Assembly (NCBI GenBank): GCA_022777485.1
Contig: JALFGC010000051.1
Span: forward strand, 10,273 to 74,272
Source: Bacteroidales bacterium
GTDB lineage: Bacteria > Bacteroidota > Bacteroidia > Bacteroidales > Paludibacteraceae
Direction of reading: 5' to 3'
Length of the DNA: 64,000 bases
Made by a program: the position numbers and the translations under genes. Position 1 is the stretch's first letter. Every line of letters begins with the position of its first letter. The notes below the pieces were generated by a model. That model ran no database searches, had not been told where the DNA came from, and worked only from the letters and a program-made list of their open reading frames with translations. Below are positions 56,935 through 64,000 of the stretch, piece after piece.

Positions 56935-58848
56935 TTGTCCTTTCTTCATCACATATTCGCCTTTGACAGCAACTCCCCGTTGCTCTTCACCCAGTTCTAC
57001 TTCTGGGCGTTCTTTGCGATTGTCTATTCAGTCTTTGCCTTGATAGTCCGCAAGCAGACGAGTGCGCGACTGCACCTGCGCAATGTCTTTCTGCTCTTCG
57101 TCTCTTGGTTCTTTTACTACAAAACCAGCGGACTGTTTCTGCTGATACTCGCCTTCGTAACTCTGTCCGACTGGCTCATCGCCAAAGGGATATACCGTGC
57201 ACGATACGCAGCACCTGCCTCTCCCCCTTCATGGGGGAGCCGGAGAGGGTCCTTACTTTTAGTCCTCTCCGTGGTGATTGACTTGGGGTTGTTGGCATAC
57301 TTCAAGTATGCCTACTTCTTCACCAACATGGTGAACGACCTCTTTGGCTGCTCCTTTGAGGTGTTCGATGTCTTTGCCTATGTGGGCAACGGCTTCCGCT
57401 CGGCAGGGCGCTTCGATGTGGAGAGCATCGTGCTCCCCGTAGGCATCAGTTTCTATATCTTCCAAGTGATTTCCTACACAGCGGATGTCTATCGGGGGAA
57501 GATAAAGCCTGTGCGCAACTTGCTCGACTTTGGCTTCTATGTGTCCTTCTTCCCGCAGTTAGTGGCAGGTCCGATAGTCCGCGCGGAAGAGTTCATCCCA
57601 CAGTTGTACAAGCCTTTTCACCTCAGCAGGCGGCAGTTTGGGATGGCGGTCTTTTGGATACTCAACGGACTGACGAAGAAAATCATACTGAGCGACTACT
57701 TAGCCGTGAACTTCATAGACCGCGTGTTTGATAACCCACTGCTTTTCAGCGGCTTTGAGAATTTGTTTGCGCTCTTTGCCTACTCGCTGCAAGTGTATGC
57801 CGACTTCTCCGGCTACACGGATATAGCCATCGGCGTGGCGATGTTGATGGGCTTCTACTTGCCTCGGAACTTCGACTCTCCCTACAAGGCGCAGAACCCG
57901 CAGGAGTTTTGGCGCAGGTGGCATATGTCGCTCTCCCGCTGGCTGAAGAACTACCTCTATATCCCGCTGGGCGGCAATAGGAATGCCACCTTTGGCACCT
58001 ATTTCTGGATTGCGCTCATTGCCCTCATCGCGCTGGTGCTGACAGGCTCGTGGGCGGCAACGGCGGTGATTGCCATAGTGGCGGTAGTAGTAGCGCTGGT
58101 GGCTTACTTCCGCCCTGCTCACCGCAAACTGCTCTACGCCAACCTCAACTCGTTCATCACCATGCTGCTTGGAGGGCTATGGCATGGCGCCAGTTGGAAC
58201 TTCATGATTTGGGGCGGACTGAATGGTATAGGTATGATAGTCAATAAGTTCTGGCGCACGATGGGGTGGAATCTACGACTTATCTTGATGACAACGCTGA
58301 CCTTCTCGTTGATGCTCGCCGACTACTTCACCCACCTGCCTGCCATACGAGTGTTTATGGTTTGGGCACTAATGGTTTGGATAGGGACGATGATACAATA
58401 TATTTACCGGACCCTCCCCATCCCTCCCCACAAGGGAGGGGGTAAAACCCACTGCATAGCGGAGAAGATAGGGATAACATGGGCGGTGTTGCAGACTTTC
58501 ACTTTCATTACTTTCACGCGTCTGTTCTTCCGCTCAGGTTCGAACCTTGACCCTGCTACTGCCAATCAGGTAGCATGGGAGACGGCAACCAACATGATGA
58601 ACCAGATAGGCGGGGCGTGGAACAGCAGTATCATCCCCGCATTCTTGCAGGAGTATTGGGCAGTGGTAGTGCTGTTTGTATTGGGAATGGTGATACACTG
58701 GCTGCCGAGCAAGTGGAAGCAGTGGTATCGCTTGCGCTTTGCCTCAATGCCGTTGTGGGCAATGCTGATAGCGGTAGCCGCAGTGGTGTTCATTGTCTAT
58801 CAGTTCATTACAGCAGACATGCAACCGTTCATTTATTTCCAATTCTAA
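56935..58848 (+). CDS. MBOAT-family membrane O-acyltransferase (AlgI/PatA/DltB-like)
   Basis: Contains ISFYIFQVISYTADVYRG, FFPQLVAGPIVRAEEF, FWRRWHMSLSRWLKNYLYIPLGGNR and GGLWHGASWNF (catalytic His). There is no ATG: TTG 56935 is the first start-like codon after the upstream in-frame stop. Confidence 0.85.
   Translation: MSFLHHIFAFDSNSPLLFTQFYFWAFFAIVYSVFALIVRKQTSARLHLRNVFLLFVSWFFYYKTSGLFLLILAFVTLSDWLIAKGIYRARYAAPASPPSWGSRRGSLLLVLSVVIDLGLLAYFKYAYFFTNMVNDLFGCSFEVFDVFAYVGNGFRSAGRFDVESIVLPVGISFYIFQVISYTADVYRGKIKPVRNLLDFGFYVSFFPQLVAGPIVRAEEFIPQLYKPFHLSRRQFGMAVFWILNGLTKKIILSDYLAVNFIDRVFDNPLLFSGFENLFALFAYSLQVYADFSGYTDIAIGVAMLMGFYLPRNFDSPYKAQNPQEFWRRWHMSLSRWLKNYLYIPLGGNRNATFGTYFWIALIALIALVLTGSWAATAVIAIVAVVVALVAYFRPAHRKLLYANLNSFITMLLGGLWHGASWNFMIWGGLNGIGMIVNKFWRTMGWNLRLILMTTLTFSLMLADYFTHLPAIRVFMVWALMVWIGTMIQYIYRTLPIPPHKGGGKTHCIAEKIGITWAVLQTFTFITFTRLFFRSGSNLDPATANQVAWETATNMMNQIGGAWNSSIIPAFLQEYWAVVVLFVLGMVIHWLPSKWKQWYRLRFASMPLWAMLIAVAAVVFIVYQFITADMQPFIYFQF
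57216..57256 (+). repeat. CTCCC/GGGAG element copy inside the MBOAT reading frame
   Basis: The sequence is tgcctctccccc-ttcat-gggggag-ccg-gagagggtccttac. It is translated as PASPPSWGSRRGSLL. Confidence 0.78.
58409..58446 (-). repeat. CTCCC/GGGAG element copy inside MBOAT, reverse orientation
   Basis: The reverse complement is ttaccccctccc-ttgt-ggggaggga-t-ggggagggtccgg. On the coding strand it is translated as RTLPIPPHKGGGK. Confidence 0.78.
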
Positions 58849-58856
58849 TATGCCCT

Positions 58857-58940
58857 GGTGCGCGGGCGTCCCCGCCTGCTAAAAAAAACGATACGATTAA
58901 GCTTATCTCCTTTCAAAGCAGGCGGGGACGCCTGCGCACC
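58857..58940. repeat. Long hairpin: 24-nt GC-rich arms (23/24 complementary) and a 36-nt AT-rich loop
   Basis: The arms are ggtgcgcgggcgtccccgcctgct and agcaggcggggacgcctgcgcacc. The hairpin begins 9 nt after the MBOAT stop. Confidence 0.85.
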
Positions 58941-59003
58941 CAGACAGCAAAGCGGTCAAACATCAAACAGCGAAGCGGTCAAACATCAAACAGCGAAGCG
59001 ATC
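58941..59003 (+). repeat. 23-bp tandem repeat (aaacatcaaacagcgaagcggtc) x2 plus a partial unit
   Basis: Read directly. It consists of right-arm words of the mosaic palindromic family only. Confidence 0.85.
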
Positions 59004-59020
59004 TAAATACTTTAATCAAC

Positions 59021-59668
59021 ATGTTAATCGGTATCACAGGAGGCATAGGCAGTGGCAAGTCCACGATAGCGCAAGCATTGCGCAGTCGGGGCTATGCCGT
59101 GTACGATACAGACAGCGAGGCAAAGCGTATTATCGTAGAGAATCCGATGGTGCGTTCGCAGGTAGAAATGCTCTTCGGCTCGCAAGTGTTCGAGGGCAAT
59201 GTCTATCGGACGCAATTAGTAGCCAAGCAGGTATTTCATCACCCGGATTTACTGGCGCAGTTGAATAGTATCGTGCACCCCGCGGTAGCCTTCCATCTCA
59301 AGCAATGGGCACGCGAGCAGGCAGAAGAGGCTACCCACCCCATCCCACCCTACAAGGCAGGAAGATTAGAGGCAAGACCAATATGCTTTGTAGAGTCGGC
59401 TATCTTGTTTGCAAGCGGTTTGGATAAACTTTGCGACAAGATAGTGGTGGTAACCGCTCCGGAAGCGTTGCGCATTGAGCGTACCATACAGCGTGATTAT
59501 CGCGGGGAAGAAACTCCCGAGAATATAGCCAAGGTGAAACAGCGTATCATCGCCCAAACGCATGAAGTAAGTTTGACGCCGAAGCCCATGCTGCGAGTGG
59601 AGAACGACGGTACAGCGTCTGTGGAGCAGTTGGTGGATGAGATAGTCACATGGGCGAAGCGTGAATAG
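59021..59668 (+). CDS. coaE: Dephospho-CoA kinase
   Basis: Contains MLIGITGGIGSGKSTIAQAL, VYDTDSEAK, LNSIVHPAV and ESAILFASGL. Confidence 0.9.
   Translation: MLIGITGGIGSGKSTIAQALRSRGYAVYDTDSEAKRIIVENPMVRSQVEMLFGSQVFEGNVYRTQLVAKQVFHHPDLLAQLNSIVHPAVAFHLKQWAREQAEEATHPIPPYKAGRLEARPICFVESAILFASGLDKLCDKIVVVTAPEALRIERTIQRDYRGEETPENIAKVKQRIIAQTHEVSLTPKPMLRVENDGTASVEQLVDEIVTWAKRE
59331..59386. repeat. Degenerate composite repeat inside coaE (reverse CTCCC/GGGAG-like segment plus a purine-rich word)
   Basis: Compare ctacccaccccatcccaccctacaaggcagg with 58410-58440 (accctccccatccctccccacaagggaggg). It is followed by aagattagaggcaagaccaatatg. Confidence 0.5.
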
Positions 59669-59913
59669 TAAGTATTCGTGTTTTGGACAATCGTCAAGGC
59701 TCAGCAGAGTGCCTATAGAGTCCCATTAAGGTCTCGGTTATGTTCCGATAATGTTGCGATAGAGTCTCGAGAAGATTGCGAGGCACTATCGGGATGTTGT
59801 TTGCGAAAAATGGACAATTCTCCTTACCCCTTATTTTCCACCTTTTTTAACGACAGAATAGCATTCTGCATTTTTTGCGTCAATTTTTCTACATGGTATT
59901 GCGAAAAAACTCG

Positions 59914-59921
59914 TACCTTTG
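59914..59921 (+). promoter_or_regulatory. -7 box TACCTTTG, candidate susC-like promoter
   Basis: Exact TAnnTTTG match, 60 nt upstream of ATG 59981. Confidence 0.55.
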
Positions 59922-59980
59922 CGGACAATTTGAAAGAAGACCTTGAAAACTAATAACACTAAAAACAGATATTTCCATTT

Positions 59981-62900
59981 ATGAAACTTTATTCCAGCGT
60001 GTTTCGCTCGGTAGTGTTGTCGCTGCTGCTCTTGTGCGGAGTAGCCGTGTCTGCGCGTACTATCAGCGGAACGGTGACAGACCAGACGGGGGAGACCATT
60101 ATCTCCGCTTCGGTTATGGTGAAAGGTACCACGATTGGTACGGTAACGGATTTTGACGGAAACTATGTACTGGATGTGCCGGATGATGCCAAGGTGCTGG
60201 TGTTCTCGTACATCGGTTTGCAGACCGAGGAAGTGAACATCACGGGCAATGTAATCAATGTGGTGTTGAAAGAGAACTCCGAGGTGTTGGAGGAAGTGGT
60301 GGTAACGGGTTACGGCACCACGAAGAAGCGCGACTTGGTAACCTCGGTGGCAAGCGTTAGTTCGGAACAACTGAAAGACATCCCGGTAACCTCGGCAGCA
60401 GAAGCGTTGCAAGGTAAGTTGTCGGGCGTGAGCGTAACGACGACGGAGGGTAGCCCTGATGCGGATGTGAAGATCCGTGTGCGTGGCGGAACGTCTCTGA
60501 CGCAATCGAGCGACCCGCTCTATATTGTGGATGGGTTCCCTGTGTCGAGTATCGCAGATATTGCTCCGAGCGACATTGCCTCAATGGACGTGTTGAAAGA
60601 TGCTGCGGCAACGGCTATCTATGGTGCCCAAGGAGCGAACGGCGTTATTATTATCACGACGAAAGATGCCGATTCTAACGATGACAAGATGACTTTTCAT
60701 GTGGATTACAGCGGGTTTGTCGGATGGAAGAAGATTGCTAAGAAATATGATGTGATGGATCCTCAGGATTTCGCGTTGATGCAATATGAGTGGGCATATT
60801 TCAAAGATAAATCATTGTCTGGGTTGCGCAGCAATTTCTATGCTTATTTTGATCAGTTGTATAATAATACAAAGTACAAAGCAGAAGGAGAGATTGAAAA
60901 TACCGACATCAGTACGTTGTTGGCAGAGTATGGTGATGCAGAGTTGCATCCATTCATTGATTGGCAGGATGCTACATTTGGACGCACAGGCTTTAATTCC
61001 AATCAATCGGTAAGTGTGAGCGGTGGTAATAAGAATGCCAATTTCAACTTGAGTTACAATCGTATTGACGATAAGGCTATTATGGAGCAATCAGATTATG
61101 TGCGTAACAATATCAACTTCAAGGCAAAGTTTAAGCCTTTTAAAGACTTTACCCTCGGGGTAACTGCTCGCTATACCAACATGAATGTATTGGGTGCGGG
61201 TGCTAATGCCATTAAGGATAATGGAACTGCTACTGAATCGCGTTTACGAAACTGTGTGGTATATACCCCTACCGAATTGTTAAGTAAGGATGCCGGTGGC
61301 GGTGATGAGGATGAGACATTTGGATCGCTCTACGACCCCTTGACGACTATACGTGATAACTACAAATATAAGGTAGACAACAAATGGAATATCCAAGGCT
61401 ATGCCAGCTACAAGTTTGCGAAACATTTTACCGCCCGCGTAGAGTTGGGGTATACGAGTCGCGAGATTACTACAGACCGCTATTATGGTCCGACCACCTA
61501 TTTCGCTCGCAATACAGGTCGTCCGGGTGTGGCCGGAGGTACTGCGCAATTACAGGTGGATACAGAGAAGGAATCTACGTTGCGTAATGCGAACACTTTG
61601 GAGTGGCGTCAAACATTCAACGATGACCATTCGGTAAGTGTCTTGCTTGGTGAAGAGACTATTTTGCGCAAGGGGGAGACAAATACCCAACGTGGATTTG
61701 GCTATAATGGTCAATATGATGTGCTAAATGGTGAGATCTTCAACTATTTGGCACAAGCCTCCTATATGGAAATCTCCAATTATGTGAATCCAAAAGATAA
61801 CCAACTCTCGTTCTTTGCTCGCGCGAATTATGATTATAAGGGACGTTATTATGTAACGGCTACTTTCCGTGCAGACTGCTCTACTCGTTTTGAGAAAGAG
61901 AATCAATGGGGGTATTTCCCATCGGCTGCGGTAGCATGGCGTATGTCTGACGAGAGTTGGATGGAGGGTGCGCAAGATTGGATGAGCAACTTGAAATGGC
62001 GCTTGAGTTACGGTATGGCAGGTAATAACAATGTGGACTTAGGCTACTTGCATCAGGATTTCCTCTCCTCTACTATGACTTACTTTGATATGGGCAATGG
62101 CTCTACAAGTAACATATTGGTGGTTGGCGGGGCAGATAAGATTGCCAGCAACCCGCACTTAAAATGGGAGACAACGACCACGCGCAACTTTGGTGTTGAT
62201 TACGGTTTCTTCCGCGACCGTTTGTCGGGGGCTATTGACCTATATTGGAATACTACAAACGACCTGATTATTCGTCAGACCTTGCCCGGACGCTACAACT
62301 ATCAGTATCAGAACATAGGCTCTACACGCAATATGGGTATGGAGTTCTCCGTCAAAGGAGTTATATTGGATAAGCGTTCTAAAAATTTGAGTTACAACTT
62401 GAGCGTAGATGCCAATATCGCTTTTAATCGCACGCGTGTAACGGATCTCGGTAATGCGACCTCTCTGACTGCACAGACCAGTTGTTTCGGTTCATCAGAG
62501 TATTTGACATTGGCAGAGTTCCTTGTCGAGGTGGGTCAGCCTGTGGGTAATGTATTAGGTTATGAAACAGATGGTTACTATACCGCAGCAGATTTCGTTA
62601 GTTATCTACCCGGGCAGAATGCATGGGGATTGGCGGATGGCGTGGTAACATACGGAGAAGGATTTCTGACCAATAATCCTGTGCCGGGTTCCGTTAAGTT
62701 CAAAGACCAGAACGATGATGGCAAGATTGACGACAAGGATAAGATAGTGCTGGGTAATACCGTCCCGACGCACACCGGCGGTTTTAATGTGAATTTCAAC
62801 ATTGGTGGCGACAAGTGGGGACGCATCGATTTGGCGGCAAACTTCACTTTCTCTTTTGGAAACAAGATACTCAACTTGAGCAACATGGAGTACACAACCA

Positions 62901-63391
62901 TCACGGAGAAGACCAAGATGCGTAACCTTGTAGCATCTATGAATTATGCAAACCGTTACTCATTGTTCTCAGAGCAAGGACAATATATGCCGGAAGTGTT
63001 GGCTCAGTCGGCTTTCGTCTTTGGCGATGCTTACACGGAGTTGGCACAGCAACTGGATCAGATGAATATTGACAAGGGCGCTACTACCTACTCACCGATT
63101 ATGTCGCACTATGTGGTAACTGACCAACATTTGGAGGACGGCTCTTTCTTGCGCTTGAACCAGTTGACGTTGGGCTACTCGTTGCCGAAGGATTGGATGG
63201 AAAAGAGCAAAGTGCTGACCAACATTCGTGTGTATGTACAAGGTACCAACCTTTTCTGTGCAACCAAGTATTCTGGACTTGACCCGGAGGTAGATACCCG
63301 TTCTTCGAAAAACCCGCTTACGCCTGGTGTTGATTTCTCAGCATACCCTAAGAGCAGAGGTATCAATGTGGGCTTAAATATCCAATTCTAA
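59981..63391 (+). CDS. SusC/RagA-family TonB-dependent outer membrane transporter
   Basis: Signal peptide, CarboxypepD_reg-like ISGTVTDQTGETIISASVMVKGTTIGTVTDFDGNY, plug VVVTGYGTTKKRDLVTSV, and the terminal GINVGLNIQF. Confidence 0.92.
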   Translation: MKLYSSVFRSVVLSLLLLCGVAVSARTISGTVTDQTGETIISASVMVKGTTIGTVTDFDGNYVLDVPDDAKVLVFSYIGLQTEEVNITGNVINVVLKENSEVLEEVVVTGYGTTKKRDLVTSVASVSSEQLKDIPVTSAAEALQGKLSGVSVTTTEGSPDADVKIRVRGGTSLTQSSDPLYIVDGFPVSSIADIAPSDIASMDVLKDAAATAIYGAQGANGVIIITTKDADSNDDKMTFHVDYSGFVGWKKIAKKYDVMDPQDFALMQYEWAYFKDKSLSGLRSNFYAYFDQLYNNTKYKAEGEIENTDISTLLAEYGDAELHPFIDWQDATFGRTGFNSNQSVSVSGGNKNANFNLSYNRIDDKAIMEQSDYVRNNINFKAKFKPFKDFTLGVTARYTNMNVLGAGANAIKDNGTATESRLRNCVVYTPTELLSKDAGGGDEDETFGSLYDPLTTIRDNYKYKVDNKWNIQGYASYKFAKHFTARVELGYTSREITTDRYYGPTTYFARNTGRPGVAGGTAQLQVDTEKESTLRNANTLEWRQTFNDDHSVSVLLGEETILRKGETNTQRGFGYNGQYDVLNGEIFNYLAQASYMEISNYVNPKDNQLSFFARANYDYKGRYYVTATFRADCSTRFEKENQWGYFPSAAVAWRMSDESWMEGAQDWMSNLKWRLSYGMAGNNNVDLGYLHQDFLSSTMTYFDMGNGSTSNILVVGGADKIASNPHLKWETTTTRNFGVDYGFFRDRLSGAIDLYWNTTNDLIIRQTLPGRYNYQYQNIGSTRNMGMEFSVKGVILDKRSKNLSYNLSVDANIAFNRTRVTDLGNATSLTAQTSCFGSSEYLTLAEFLVEVGQPVGNVLGYETDGYYTAADFVSYLPGQNAWGLADGVVTYGEGFLTNNPVPGSVKFKDQNDDGKIDDKDKIVLGNTVPTHTGGFNVNFNIGGDKWGRIDLAANFTFSFGNKILNLSNMEYTTITEKTKMRNLVASMNYANRYSLFSEQGQYMPEVLAQSAFVFGDAYTELAQQLDQMNIDKGATTYSPIMSHYVVTDQHLEDGSFLRLNQLTLGYSLPKDWMEKSKVLTNIRVYVQGTNLFCATKYSGLDPEVDTRSSKNPLTPGVDFSAYPKSRGINVGLNIQF

Positions 63392-63407
63392 CCATCTTTT
63401 AATATCA

Positions 63408-64000
63408 ATGAATATGAAAGCAAAATATGTATTGGTAGTGTTCGCCGCAGTGTTATGTGCGGGATGTGAAAAGAACTTTTTTGAGACGGACTCTCCGTCG
63501 GCAATGGATGTGTCGGTGTTCAAATCTACCCAAACTACTGAACAGGCTGTGTATGCCATATACAATATCTTTGGCGAGGATAAATCGTTTAGAAATCGTC
63601 TCTGTGGGGGCTATGTGGCTATCAATACCGACATAGAGCATAGTAGTAAGTCCGAGGATAAAGATTGGGCTATTTATTGTACCAGCAAAGGAACAGGTGA
63701 TATATCTACTTCCAATGGTAAAGACCCTTGGGCATATTTGAATGCAGCCGTAGAGCGTGCAAACGTGGTGATAGACGGTATTCGTACTTATTCGGATACT
63801 ACTGATGCCACTTTCCGTTATTTATTGGGGGAAACGCTCACGTTACGTGCGTTCTGCTACTTGGAGATGATTAAACTTTGGGGCGATGTGCCGGCTTGTT
63901 TCGAAGCGTTTGACGGACGCGATATCAATGATTTGTATATTGACAAGACCGATCGCAACGTGATCTACGAGCAACTGCGCAAGGATTTGCGTGAGGCGGC
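63408..64000 (+). CDS. SusD/RagB-family outer membrane lipoprotein, N-terminal part (runs off the window)
   Basis: My translation is MNMKAKYVLVVFAAVLCAGCEKNFFETDSPSAMDV...LGETLTLRAFCYLEMIKLWGDVP. It has a lipobox and lies 17 nt after the susC-like stop. Confidence 0.85.
   Translation, partial: MNMKAKYVLVVFAAVLCAGCEKNFFETDSPSAMDVSVFKSTQTTEQAVYAIYNIFGEDKSFRNRLCGGYVAINTDIEHSSKSEDKDWAIYCTSKGTGDISTSNGKDPWAYLNAAVERANVVIDGIRTYSDTTDATFRYLLGETLTLRAFCYLEMIKLWGDVPACFEAFDGRDINDLYIDKTDRNVIYEQLRKDLREA

Noticed and set aside
58530-58560. ggttcgaacc, a motif resembling a tRNA T-arm
   Set aside because: I could not draw a cloverleaf around it, and it lies inside the MBOAT reading frame. I found no tRNA or rRNA anywhere in the window by eye.
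59678-60505. ORFs 59678-59953 (+) and 59831-60505 (-) between coaE and the susC-like gene
   Set aside because: The first spans the AT-rich promoter region that contains the TACCTTTG box. The second is antisense to the well-supported SusC N-terminus. Neither has a recognisable motif.

Overview
This is a core-chromosome segment, about 55% GC by eye, from a Bacteroidota bacterium, probably Bacteroidales and Prevotella-like. Three things support that placement. Bacteroidetes-type TAnnTTTG -7 boxes precede many genes. Two secreted proteins end in T9SS C-terminal sorting domains. A SusC/SusD pair closes the window. I can support about 47 protein genes, almost all housekeeping. They are uvrA, two HU-type genes, rimO, recQ, an SLC45-like MFS transporter, an MscS-like channel, rlmN, a membrane LytTR regulator and an SGNH hydrolase. 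Next comes a 3105-aa T9SS surface protein with 2 PCMD-like domains and about 30 cadherin-like repeats, then rseC-rnfBCDGEA, a PTPS/QueD-like gene, rubrerythrin, a Fur/PerR regulator, aroB, upp, a vanZ-like gene, dprA, dcp, trxB and parC. The remainder are an N-terminally short RNase R-like gene, glyA, a secreted EEP nuclease, ligA, dapA, dxs, trkA/trkH, an SGNH+MBOAT pair, coaE and susC/susD-like genes. I found no rRNA, tRNA, CRISPR, transposase or integrase. The unusual part is the repeat layer. (i) A short three-segment C-rich/G-rich hairpin element occurs in at least 12 copies; several sit in frame inside conserved genes (rlmN, MBOAT, coaE) or abut start codons. (ii) Mosaic palindromic elements of 110-160 bp, built from GACCGCTTCGCTG-like words, sit between rnfC/D, rnfD/G, rnfE/A and trkA/H. 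(iii) Several unrelated tandem arrays all have an 11-bp period. (iv) There are other strong palindromes, including a 19-bp Fur-box-shaped site between rubrerythrin and perR. All calls come from reading motifs in the sequence and translations. No database search or folding program was run.
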